NCBI RefSeq assembly: GCF_000737315.1
Contig: NZ_JMCB01000034.1
Span: 1 to 64,000, forward strand
Length of the DNA: 64,000 bases
Direction: 5' to 3'
From: Hyalangium minutum
Lineage (GTDB): Bacteria > Myxococcota > Myxococcia > Myxococcales > Myxococcaceae
A model generated the notes under the pieces. It searched no databases. It was not told where the DNA came from and saw only the letters and a program-made list of their open reading frames with translations. Both the position numbers and the translations under genes were made by a program. Of the stretch, positions 55,813 through 64,000 are shown piece by piece. The stretch's first letter is position 1, and each line of letters starts with the position of its first letter.

Positions 55813-55838
55813 GGGAGGAGCCCGAAGCGGCCCCTCCC
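55813..55838. terminator. Hairpin between convergent genes
   Basis: GGGAGGAGCC-CGAAGC-GGCCCCTCCC, a 10-bp stem with one mismatch, between stops at 55793 and 55851. Confidence 0.4.
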
Positions 55839-55850
55839 CCACGCCCGCCG

Positions 55851-58800
55851 TTACTTCTTCGGCCAGGGATCCAGCTCGACTTCCTGGCCCGGTACCGCCA
55901 TCACCGACACAGCCAGTCCGTCACCCCCCGGGCACGTGATGATGACCGGCAGCTCCTTGCCGGCCTCGATGGACGTCTTCGCGCTGCTCTCCGGGAGCAC
56001 GTTCTCCCCGATCTTGATGGTGCAGCCCTTGATGTTGCCCACGAGGCTCAGCGTCCCCGTGCTGCCCGGCTGCGGCAGCGCCTCGGGGATGGTGCGCACA
56101 TCGATGCGATCCCGGCGCTCGGTGCGCCCGAAGCGGCGCAGCTTGCCGTCCATGGCGGTGGAGACGAGCAGTGCGCCCGGCTTCTCCACGCGCGGCGCCT
56201 TCGAGTCCACCTGGAGCCCGCCGATGTAGAGCTTCTCGCCCGGCGCAAGGTTGATGACCTGGATGCCGTCACCCGAGCTCATGACGCGCATGGCGATGAA
56301 GCCCACGATGGCCAGCAGCACGGCGCCCACGGCCACGAGGATCCACGTCTTCGATGAGCTCGGCTCGGCCACCTCCGGCTGCACGGAAGCAGGCGTGGTT
56401 GTGGCCGCGACCGGGATGGGGTTGGGAATGGGGGCTGGCGAGGGCACCGCCGGCATGGCCGTCCGGGACGGAGCCTGGTTGGGGGCGGGCACACTGGGAC
56501 GCGGGGCGGGCGCATGCGCCGCCACCTGGGTGCTAGGACGGGACACCGGCGCCGTGGCGACCGCAACGGCCGGAGTGCCCACCACGGAGGGCCGCTGCCC
56601 CGTCTGAGACGGGGCCACGGCCGCCACGGGAGCGGTGTTGCCCTGCGCCATGACTTGAGCCGGAGCGCCCTGAGCCGTGGGCATCTGGCGAATGCCGGAG
56701 CGCGTGGAGCCGGAAGAGGGAGCCTGCGGCACCGCGCCCAAAGCGGGCCTCGAGCTCGTGCTGGGACGCGCCTGCTGGCCGGCCGCCTGCCTCATCCGAG
56801 CCTGCTCGGCGGCCTCGGCGCTGGCGGCCTCGGCGGGAGGCTGCGTCGCCGCGGTGGGAATCGGCCGAGGGCCACTGCCGGACTTGGGGTTCGGCGTGGC
56901 AACAGGACCGGAGCCCGTACCGGGGCGAGAGCCCGTCAGGTTGGGACGCGAGCCTGAGCCTGTCCCCGAGCCGGAGGCCGCGCCCGCCAGCCGCGCCGAG
57001 GAGCGCGTATTGCTCGGACTCTCCAGATCGCCGGTGCCGCCGGCGTTCAACCGCGGGTGCGAGCCAGAGCCGGACGAGGTGGAGGCGCCTGCGGGCGCGT
57101 ACTCGGACAGCCGGTCCGCCAGCGTATCCTTGAAGAACTGCGCCACCGCGGCCGGCGAGGAATTGAGCCGGTGGTGCGCCATCACCGCCTCGATCTCCTC
57201 GCGCATCGCCGCCGCCGAAGGCGTGCGCCGCGACGGATCCTTCACCAGGGCGCGGAGGATCAGATCCGACACGTCCTGGGGAATGCTCGGCTTGAGCTGC
57301 GAGGGCACGGGGGCCGGCTCGCGGACGATGGCGTTGAGCGTGGCCGCGTCGTGATCGCGGCGGAACGGTAGCTGGCCGGTGAGCAGCTCGAAGAGCACCA
57401 CGCCCAGCGCGAACACGTCGTTGCGCGCGTCCAGCGGGCGGCCCGCGGCGGCCTCCGGGGAGATGTACGAGATCTTCCCCTTGAGCACGCCGGCCTGGGT
57501 GTGATCCTCGCCCTGCACCTTGGCGATGCCGAAGTCGCTGAGCTTCACCGCGCCGTCGAGCGAGATGAGGATGTTGTGCGGGCTGACGTCGCGGTGCACC
57601 ACGGGGTGCGCGTTACCGGCCGGGTCCACGTAGCTGTGGGCGTAGTGAAGGCCCGCCGACGTCTCCGCGACGATGCGCAGCGCGTGCTCCATGGGCAGCG
57701 CCAGGCCCTTGCGGCGCAGCTCGTTCATCAGCCGCTTCAGGTCCGGGCCGCGGACGTACTCCATGAGGATGTACGCCACGCCATCAGTGACGCCCACGTC
57801 GAACGTCTGCACGACGTTGGGGTGCGTGAGACGTGCGTTCGCCCGGGCCTCGGCGAAGAGCATGTCCACGAACTCGGGATTCTCCGCGAACTGCTGGAGA
57901 ATCTTCTTCATCACCAGGAACTTCTCGAAGCCCTTCACGCCGACCTGCTTGGCGAGAAACACTTCGGCCATACCGCCCTGGCCCAGCCGGCGGATGATCT
58001 GCAGCTTGCTGCCGCTGTGGTTGCCGCTGATGTCCGTGTTGCCCGCGTTGCCCTGCTGGGGCTCCGCGTTGGCCTGGCCAAAGAGGAACTGGGTGATGGC
58101 CTTGGACTCGAGCGCCTCGATGTCCTCGTGCGGCCTGTCCGTCAGCGGCACGCGCGCCAGGAACTGAGGCAGGTTGGGAATGGAGGCCAGGCGCGAGGCC
58201 CCGCCGCACACCACGCAGGGGCGCTCCTGGCCCTCGTTCTGCTTGAGCAGCTGCAGGAACGAGGCGGCGTGCTGGCGCTGGTGGTGCAACTGGCCGCAGT
58301 TCTGGCACTCGTACGGCAACCAGAGCGAGTGAATCTTCGCCGGCAGCGGCTTGCCGGACTTGGCCAGCGGCGAGAGCACCGAGGGCGGCACCCGGCACAG
58401 CACCACGTGGGCGCCCTTGGCGGACGTCTCCAGCACCTGCTCCAGCTTGAGCACGCCCTCCAGTTCCACCTTGGCGACGTGCGAGAAGTCGAACGCGACG
58501 CGGCCCTCCAGGCCCGAGGCCAGGCGGCGCACGTTGAGATCACCCCGGATGACGCTGGCCAGGGTGACGTACGTCATGTCGTCCTGCACCACCTTCAGCG
58601 TCTGGGGCAAATCCAGAGGCTCGGCGGCGACGGTCAGGCGCAGGTAGCGCATCACCACCGGATCCACGGAGCTCAGGTTCTGCCGGCGCATGTAGCCGAA
58701 GAACTCGCTGGGCAGATCCGCGAACTCCAGCGGGTTGGAGCAGACGGGGCAGTTGTGCTCGGGGGCGCGGTTCTCGGATATGATCTGCGCCTCGTCCATC

Positions 58801-59183
58801 AGGTTGACGGCGCGCAGCCGATCCTCGCTGCACGTCTTGCACGTGTACGGCGCCAGCACCGTAAGCACGCGCGAGACACCCGCGAAGCCCTCCACCATGT
58901 TCAGCTGGTCCACCACCACCGGCGGCGCGTAGACCACGTACATGCTGATGGCGCCCTGCGGCAGCCTGGAGACGAACTCGATCCACTTCCGCACGCCAAA
59001 CGAGCTGATGCGGTCCACGGCGCCGAGATCGAGGATGACGATCCCGGTGAGGTCCGGGCTGGCGGACGTGAGCGGGAACGTCTCGTCAATGACGCCGGAG
59101 ATCTTCACGTGGGTGATGTTGCCCACGCGGCTCCGGCTGATGTGTGCGTTAGAACCCTGGTTCTCCACCGGCCCTACCCTCAT
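55851..59183 (-). CDS. Membrane-anchored Hanks-type Ser/Thr protein kinase with tandem N-terminal STAS-like/Zn-ribbon units
   Basis: Kinase motifs LGQGGMAEVF, MKK, HRDVSPHN, DFGIAK, YISPE, DVFALG. N-terminal VILDLGAVDRISSFG and VAFDFSHVAKVELEG (STAS-like), each followed by CxxC...CxxC. Pro/Ala linker, TM helix, C-terminal extracytoplasmic domain. Start 59183 supported by an ATGA overlap. Confidence 0.92.
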   Translation of the reverse strand: MRVGPVENQGSNAHISRSRVGNITHVKISGVIDETFPLTSASPDLTGIVILDLGAVDRISSFGVRKWIEFVSRLPQGAISMYVVYAPPVVVDQLNMVEGFAGVSRVLTVLAPYTCKTCSEDRLRAVNLMDEAQIISENRAPEHNCPVCSNPLEFADLPSEFFGYMRRQNLSSVDPVVMRYLRLTVAAEPLDLPQTLKVVQDDMTYVTLASVIRGDLNVRRLASGLEGRVAFDFSHVAKVELEGVLKLEQVLETSAKGAHVVLCRVPPSVLSPLAKSGKPLPAKIHSLWLPYECQNCGQLHHQRQHAASFLQLLKQNEGQERPCVVCGGASRLASIPNLPQFLARVPLTDRPHEDIEALESKAITQFLFGQANAEPQQGNAGNTDISGNHSGSKLQIIRRLGQGGMAEVFLAKQVGVKGFEKFLVMKKILQQFAENPEFVDMLFAEARANARLTHPNVVQTFDVGVTDGVAYILMEYVRGPDLKRLMNELRRKGLALPMEHALRIVAETSAGLHYAHSYVDPAGNAHPVVHRDVSPHNILISLDGAVKLSDFGIAKVQGEDHTQAGVLKGKISYISPEAAAGRPLDARNDVFALGVVLFELLTGQLPFRRDHDAATLNAIVREPAPVPSQLKPSIPQDVSDLILRALVKDPSRRTPSAAAMREEIEAVMAHHRLNSSPAAVAQFFKDTLADRLSEYAPAGASTSSGSGSHPRLNAGGTGDLESPSNTRSSARLAGAASGSGTGSGSRPNLTGSRPGTGSGPVATPNPKSGSGPRPIPTAATQPPAEAASAEAAEQARMRQAAGQQARPSTSSRPALGAVPQAPSSGSTRSGIRQMPTAQGAPAQVMAQGNTAPVAAVAPSQTGQRPSVVGTPAVAVATAPVSRPSTQVAAHAPAPRPSVPAPNQAPSRTAMPAVPSPAPIPNPIPVAATTTPASVQPEVAEPSSSKTWILVAVGAVLLAIVGFIAMRVMSSGDGIQVINLAPGEKLYIGGLQVDSKAPRVEKPGALLVSTAMDGKLRRFGRTERRDRIDVRTIPEALPQPGSTGTLSLVGNIKGCTIKIGENVLPESSAKTSIEAGKELPVIITCPGGDGLAVSVMAVPGQEVELDPWPKK

Positions 59184-60046
59184 TCCGTACAGAACAGCAG
59201 CGACTTGGGGAACCCTGCGCGACGGCGCGCATCCCCGAGATCCACCGCGCACAGCACGCGCGACTCACGCCCTCGGAGAACGCGCACAGCGATGACATCG
59301 CTGTGCTCGATCATCCGCCTCAGCCCCAGCCCCGCCCCACCCCCTTCAGAATTGACCTGCACACGCCCCCCGTAAGAATCCAGCGCCCGGGCGAAGGGCC
59401 CGGTCGTCAACCGCCCGAACCGATCCACCGCCTCCAGGTAGATGCGCGAGCCGTCCACCGCCAAGCCCAGCTCGCAAGCATCCCCGGCATCCACCTCGTG
59501 CACTTCGGTGCGCCGGTGGGCGTACTTCGCTTGCCCCTGCGCGTCCACAGGCGCGTCCAGCAGGGCATTGACTGCCAGCTCGTGGAGCACGTCCGCCGCG
59601 AGCTGGCTGGCCACCTTCGAACCTCCGGCCTCCTGCACCACCATGCTGGCGGCGTCCGAGGCGTGCTGCACATCCTTCATCCGCCGCAGCTTCTGCCGGG
59701 CCACGGCCAGCCCCGGAGGGACCAGGGAGCCGCCCCGCAGCACGGCCCCTAGCAGCTGCGCTTCCCACTCGGTGGGCCCGCTCTCCGGCTCCCGCGTGGC
59801 CAGCAGCAGCGCGGGCGGATCCCTCCGGAGCAGATCCGCATGCGAGGGCAGTAACTTGCCGTCGTACAGCACGAGCCGACGGCGCACGGCGGAGCTTGGC
59901 CCACTCGCATCCTCGGTGCCGGAGAACAGGGAGACCCCACCCCTCGCCAGGGTGGGGGCTACCTGCTCGAGCACTGTGGGCGCGAGCGAGGGGTCTGCGA
60001 TCAACAGGAGGCCGGGGTCGGCCCCCAGGTGGGAGGCGGGTCTCAA
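59180..60046 (-). CDS. GHKL/HATPase-like (RsbW-like) domain protein
   Basis: N-box-like HELAVNAL, EAVDRFG and G2-like GGAGLGL; N-terminal part resembles a degenerate receiver fold. TTG start. Confidence 0.65.
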   Translation of the reverse strand: MRPASHLGADPGLLLIADPSLAPTVLEQVAPTLARGGVSLFSGTEDASGPSSAVRRRLVLYDGKLLPSHADLLRRDPPALLLATREPESGPTEWEAQLLGAVLRGGSLVPPGLAVARQKLRRMKDVQHASDAASMVVQEAGGSKVASQLAADVLHELAVNALLDAPVDAQGQAKYAHRRTEVHEVDAGDACELGLAVDGSRIYLEAVDRFGRLTTGPFARALDSYGGRVQVNSEGGGAGLGLRRMIEHSDVIAVRVLRGRESRVLCAVDLGDARRRAGFPKSLLFCTE

Positions 60047-60052
60047 GGGGGC

Positions 60053-62686
60053 CTAGTAGCGGAGCTTGACTTCGCTGAAGACGCCGCGCGGCGGCGCCGG
60101 GAAGCCGTGAGACTCCTCGTACTTCGAGTCGAACAGGTTGGTGCCCAGCAGCGACACGGACACGCCCTCGTTGACGTTCACGCCCACGCGGGCGCTGGCG
60201 GTAACGTAGCCCGGCAGCTTCACGCGCTCCACCGAGCCCGTCTCCTCCACGATGAAGCCCGGGTCGAAGCGCGAGCCCACGTACAGGCCGTACAGCTCCA
60301 CGAAGCCCACCTTGCCAATGTTGGTCCGGGCGCGAGCGTACAGGCGGTGCTGCGGCGCGTAGTCCAGCTGCGCGCTCTTCACGTCCTCGCCGTAAGGCAC
60401 CGACTCCGCATCCAGGAACTGGTAGGCCACGTCGAACGAGGAGTTGATGGAGGGGATCTGCGCGGCCGCCTCGAGCTCCGCACCCACCACGCGCGCGTCG
60501 CCGATGTTCCGGAACTGCGAGGTGGAGCCGAACATCAGCGTCTGGTTGATGAAGTTCTGCGCGCGGTTGTAGAAGCCCGTGGCCGTCAGGCGCACCCGGC
60601 GCTGGAAGGGCCAGAAGTCCACCGCCAGCTCGTAGGTGTCCAGCGTCTCGGCGCGCAGGTCGGAGGCGCCGAGCAGCGTGGCCGCGTACATCTGCTGGTT
60701 GATGGCGAGCTCCGCCAGTGTGGGCGCGCGGAAGGCGCGGCCGTAGTTGGTGCGCAGCGTGAGATCATCCGTCGCGTGGAACACGATGGAGGCGCGGGGC
60801 GACAGCTGGCCCTTGTCCTCGCTCACGGCCCACACCTTCTCCGGGATCTGGTACCGGTCGTAGCGGGCGCCAGCGCTGAGCACCAGCTTGCTCATCGGAC
60901 GGAACTCGGCATCCACGAAGCCGCCGATGATCGTCTCCTTCGTGTCGTCCAGGGTCAGCCCCGGCAGGATGTTCTGGTTGTTGACCAGGTCGTCCTTGAT
61001 GTCGCCACCGAAGGTGACGTTGAACTTCTCCAGCGTGAGCAGGGCGCGCACCTCACCGCCGAAGCGGCGGCGCTTGCCGAGCGTGGGCTGCAGCTCCTCG
61101 GTGACCATGTTCTTCAGGTCGATCTTGCGGCGCTTGAAGAACGCGTAGCCCTGGCCAAACACGCGCACGTTGTCCGTCACCTGGGAGTCGAACTGGGCGG
61201 AGGCGTTCAGGTTCTCCACGTGCTCGTTGTCGTCCGGGGTGTAGTGGCAGCGGCCGCAGTTGCCCACGGTGGAGATCTGCTGGCCACCCGGGCGGCCGAG
61301 GTTGGCGTTGGTGTAGTCCGCGTCCAGCGAGAAGTTCTTCACCTTCACCTTGCCGCTCACCTGGTGGACCAGCGAGTCCTCGTTGGTGTCCACGCGGTTG
61401 ACGCGCGCGTCGTTGAACAGCTGCGGGCCGTCCGAGGTGAAGCCGTAGTAGCTGGCCAGCGCCTCGACGGGGCCCATGCGGCCGGCCGCCGTGGACTGCA
61501 CGCGGAAGGTGTTGTCCTGGCCCGCCAGGATGCGGCCGTCCACACCGAAGTCGCGGCCCTCCTGGATGAGGTCCGAGGGCTGGCGCTCGATGAGGTTGAT
61601 CACGCCGCTGAAGGCGTTGGAGCCGTACAGCGCGGACCCAGGGCCACGGATGACTTCCACCTGCTTGAGGTTGGTCAGCGGGGTCGTCTCATCCGCGTAG
61701 AACTGGCCCGTCCAGGGATCCGTCAGCGGGCGGCCGTCCTTGAGCAGCAGCAGGCGGTTGGAGAGGTAGTTGGAGCCCAGGCCGCGCGCGCTCACCGCCA
61801 CCTTGCGCATGGCGCCGCGGCGGCACTCGAGGCCAGGGAAGTACTGGATGGCCTCGCAGAGCGAGAAGGCGCCGGTGCCCTCCAGCTCCTCGGCGGGGAT
61901 CCACGCCACCGTCAGCGGAACATCCTGCAGCTTCTGGTTGCGCTTACCTGCGGTGGTCACCACCGCCTCGCTCAGGAGCTGGTTCACCGCCGACTCGATG
62001 GAGTTCGGGCCAGAGGAGAGCGGATCATCCAGGCCCACGCCCGCCATGCTGGACGGGGGCGGGAGCGGACGGTTGCCCTCGGGACCAGCGAACGGCGCGG
62101 AGTTCGGGATGTTGGAGGGGGTGGACGTGGGGGCCGGAGCGGCCACGCCGCCCTGAGCAGGCAGCGCGGGCGAGCCCGACAGGGAGGACGGAGCGGGCGC
62201 GGACACCGAGGACGGAGTGGGCTCAGGAGCGGGCTCGGGCACCACCGGGCTGATGGAGTGGCTGCTGCTGGAGGAAGCGGGAGGCTCCTCCGGCGTCGGC
62301 GGGGTCACCGTCGGATCGTCCACGGGCGGCGCATCGAACGGAGATGGCGTGGACGTGGACGAGGGCGCCGTCGTGGGCGCCGCGGTGGCGGGCGTGTTCT
62401 TGCCCTTCTTCAGGCCCTTGCCAGCCTTGGCCTTGGCCTTGGCCTTGGCGTCTCCCGCGGCAGCCTTCGGCGGCTTGGCCGGAGCCTGCGCCTCGGCAGC
62501 ACCCGACCCCAGCCCCACAGCGAGGCAGAGGGCGAGTGAGAGGCGCAGCAGGCCGCGCGTCTGGCGCTGCCCAGAGAGGACCATGGCCGCGACACGGCGC
62601 GACCAACTCATTCCAGTCGAGTGCATCATTCTCACGTCCGCTAGTGGAGAGCGTTGGAGCCCCCTCCAACCCAGAGTCTGGCTCAA
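60053..62686 (-). CDS. TonB-dependent outer membrane receptor with Pro-rich N-terminal extension
   Basis: Signal peptide, plug motifs VVTTAGKRNQKLQDVP and VEVIRGPGSALYGSNAFSGVINLI, beta-barrel motifs RYDRY, SPRASI, YGRAFRAP, NLFD, C-terminal aromatic (VKLRY). True start may be ATG 62584. Confidence 0.93.
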   Translation of the reverse strand: MSQTLGWRGLQRSPLADVRMMHSTGMSWSRRVAAMVLSGQRQTRGLLRLSLALCLAVGLGSGAAEAQAPAKPPKAAAGDAKAKAKAKAGKGLKKGKNTPATAAPTTAPSSTSTPSPFDAPPVDDPTVTPPTPEEPPASSSSSHSISPVVPEPAPEPTPSSVSAPAPSSLSGSPALPAQGGVAAPAPTSTPSNIPNSAPFAGPEGNRPLPPPSSMAGVGLDDPLSSGPNSIESAVNQLLSEAVVTTAGKRNQKLQDVPLTVAWIPAEELEGTGAFSLCEAIQYFPGLECRRGAMRKVAVSARGLGSNYLSNRLLLLKDGRPLTDPWTGQFYADETTPLTNLKQVEVIRGPGSALYGSNAFSGVINLIERQPSDLIQEGRDFGVDGRILAGQDNTFRVQSTAAGRMGPVEALASYYGFTSDGPQLFNDARVNRVDTNEDSLVHQVSGKVKVKNFSLDADYTNANLGRPGGQQISTVGNCGRCHYTPDDNEHVENLNASAQFDSQVTDNVRVFGQGYAFFKRRKIDLKNMVTEELQPTLGKRRRFGGEVRALLTLEKFNVTFGGDIKDDLVNNQNILPGLTLDDTKETIIGGFVDAEFRPMSKLVLSAGARYDRYQIPEKVWAVSEDKGQLSPRASIVFHATDDLTLRTNYGRAFRAPTLAELAINQQMYAATLLGASDLRAETLDTYELAVDFWPFQRRVRLTATGFYNRAQNFINQTLMFGSTSQFRNIGDARVVGAELEAAAQIPSINSSFDVAYQFLDAESVPYGEDVKSAQLDYAPQHRLYARARTNIGKVGFVELYGLYVGSRFDPGFIVEETGSVERVKLPGYVTASARVGVNVNEGVSVSLLGTNLFDSKYEESHGFPAPPRGVFSEVKLRY

Positions 62687-62953
62687 ACGCCCGAACTGTC
62701 AGATTCAAGTTACCCTACTGCATTGATGTGAGCCAAGTGCAGGACCAAACCTGCCCGGGAGCCGCATCCCCTACCCCCCCGCCGGACCAGATGACGCGGC
62801 GCGAGGAGGCCCCGCCGCGGGCCCACGCCGCGACCCCACCCTTTGGATTCCCCCTCCACCTCCACCTGATGGGTAGGGGGAACACTTGACTCATCCTACC
62901 TGAACGGGCGGATCACCGCCCGAGCCCTGCCCCTGCTCTGTCACGGTCCCATG

Positions 62954-63850
62954 TCAGTCGTCCGGCTGCTCGTCGGAGACGTCCATCGCCGTGGTGAAGT
63001 TGGGCAGCACCGGGTTGAGCTCGCCGGAGGTGACGAGCGCGTCCGTGTCCACCCGCAGTGTGGGCGAGTCGACGATGACGGGCTGGCGGCGCGGCGGGCC
63101 CTGCTGGACGAGCTTGCGGAAGTCCTCGAAGTCCTTGGACTGCATCTTCACGAAGGCGCTGAAGGGCGCCACGGCCCCCAACTTCGGCAGGCTCTCCTCC
63201 AGATCCTCACCGTGCAGCGTCACCAGCACCGCGCCGGGGACCTTGGCGCTGCGGTAGAGCACCTTGGCGTCCTTGGGCGCGTGCGACAGCGGGACGAGCG
63301 CGGCCTCGGCACCCTTGGCCTCGAGCATCTTCAGCGCGGACTCCACGTTGGGCACGGACACCAGCTTGAAGTGCTTCTGCGCGTCCAGGTCGCCCGCGAA
63401 GATGACGTTGGAGACGAACTTCGGATCCGAGGGCCCCGCACCCTTGGCGATCGCCAGCCGCTTGCCGGACAGATCCTTCACGGCGCCCTTACCGTAGGAG
63501 ATGACGGCCCAGCGCTGCGCGGTGTCCCCCGAGAGCGCGGCGAACGCCACCGGGGTGGCCTTGGAGCCCAGCTGTACCGCGGCCCAGCCGTCCACCACGG
63601 CGAAGTCCAGGCTTCCGTCGGAAATGGCCTTGGAGAAGTCCTCGTAGCGGCCGAAGCTCTTGGCCGCCACGGTGTCCCCCAGCGAGGTGCCGAGCTGCGC
63701 CGCCAGCTTCTCGGCGAACTGGAAGCGCTCCTGGCCATCCGCCAGGCTGGTGGGCAGGAAGACGCCCAGGGTGGTCTTCTTCTGGGCCCACGCGGAGGGT
63801 GCAAAGGCACACACCAGCAGGAGCCCGATCAACAAGCGTGCGGTCTTCAT
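62954..63850 (-). CDS. Periplasmic substrate-binding protein, PhnD/phosphonate-binding-like fold
   Basis: Signal peptide MKTARLLIGLLLVCAFAPSAWA; FEDF...DFAVVDG, DLSGKRLAI, ESALKMLEAKGAEAALV match type 2 periplasmic-binding fold proteins. Confidence 0.7.
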   Translation of the reverse strand: MKTARLLIGLLLVCAFAPSAWAQKKTTLGVFLPTSLADGQERFQFAEKLAAQLGTSLGDTVAAKSFGRYEDFSKAISDGSLDFAVVDGWAAVQLGSKATPVAFAALSGDTAQRWAVISYGKGAVKDLSGKRLAIAKGAGPSDPKFVSNVIFAGDLDAQKHFKLVSVPNVESALKMLEAKGAEAALVPLSHAPKDAKVLYRSAKVPGAVLVTLHGEDLEESLPKLGAVAPFSAFVKMQSKDFEDFRKLVQQGPPRRQPVIVDSPTLRVDTDALVTSGELNPVLPNFTTAMDVSDEQPDD

Positions 63851-64000
63851 GGCAGGGTCTCCGTGGCGGTGGCCTCGTTGGTGTTGGAGTCGGTGTCGGA
63901 CGCGCCGCCCCTCAAGTCATAGAGAGATTCGAGGCGATCCTTCCACTCCTTCACGACGGCCATGCGCGGGCCACCACTCGAGGACAGGTAGCGCCGGTAG
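63847..64000 (-). CDS. C-terminal end of a gene starting outside the window
   Basis: Open frame ...YRRYLSSSGGPRMAVVKEWKDRLESLYDLRGGASDTDSNTNEATATETLP-stop; the stop overlaps the ATG of the PhnD-like gene (ATGA). Confidence 0.7.
   Translation of the reverse strand, partial: YRRYLSSSGGPRMAVVKEWKDRLESLYDLRGGASDTDSNTNEATATETLP

Noticed and set aside
62715-62740. Sigma-54 promoter for the TonB receptor (TTGGCTCACATCAATGCA on the minus strand)
   Set aside because: GG-to-GC spacing is 11 nt rather than the strict 10 nt.
62690-62950. Cobalamin riboswitch upstream of the TonB receptor
   Set aside because: The conserved B12-box elements could not be found in the correct order on the gene's strand.

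Overview
High-GC DNA, inferred to be myxobacterial (Cystobacterineae-like) from its multimodular PKS style, Pkn-type kinase and sAC-like cyclase. About 1-44.9 kb is a bidirectional cis-AT type I PKS cluster that runs off the left edge. The left arm (minus strand) has a monomodular PKS (14473-8399) and a PKS with at least two modules (8395 to <1; missing from the ORF track because it has no stop in the window). The right arm (plus strand) begins with a pyruvate/branched-chain-dehydrogenase-like E1alpha, E1beta and E2-ACP fusion, the probable starter-loading device. Four monomodular PKS genes and a LolCDE/LolA-like four-gene export cassette follow. No thioesterase, E3, PPTase or NRPS is visible. 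Several KS/AT/KR segments are near-identical internal copies and are extremely G-poor on the + strand whichever way the gene points. The remaining ~19 kb holds folD, a DEAD-box helicase, a DUF697-like protein, a B12-binding radical SAM enzyme, an sAC-like cyclase-NTPase-TPR protein, a small membrane protein, a SLOG/LOG protein and a 13-Cys small protein. It ends in a coupled minus-strand run: partial ORF, PhnD-like binding protein, TonB-dependent receptor with a CxxCH motif, GHKL-like protein and STAS/Zn-ribbon Ser/Thr kinase. All assignments come from manual motif reading; no database searches were run.
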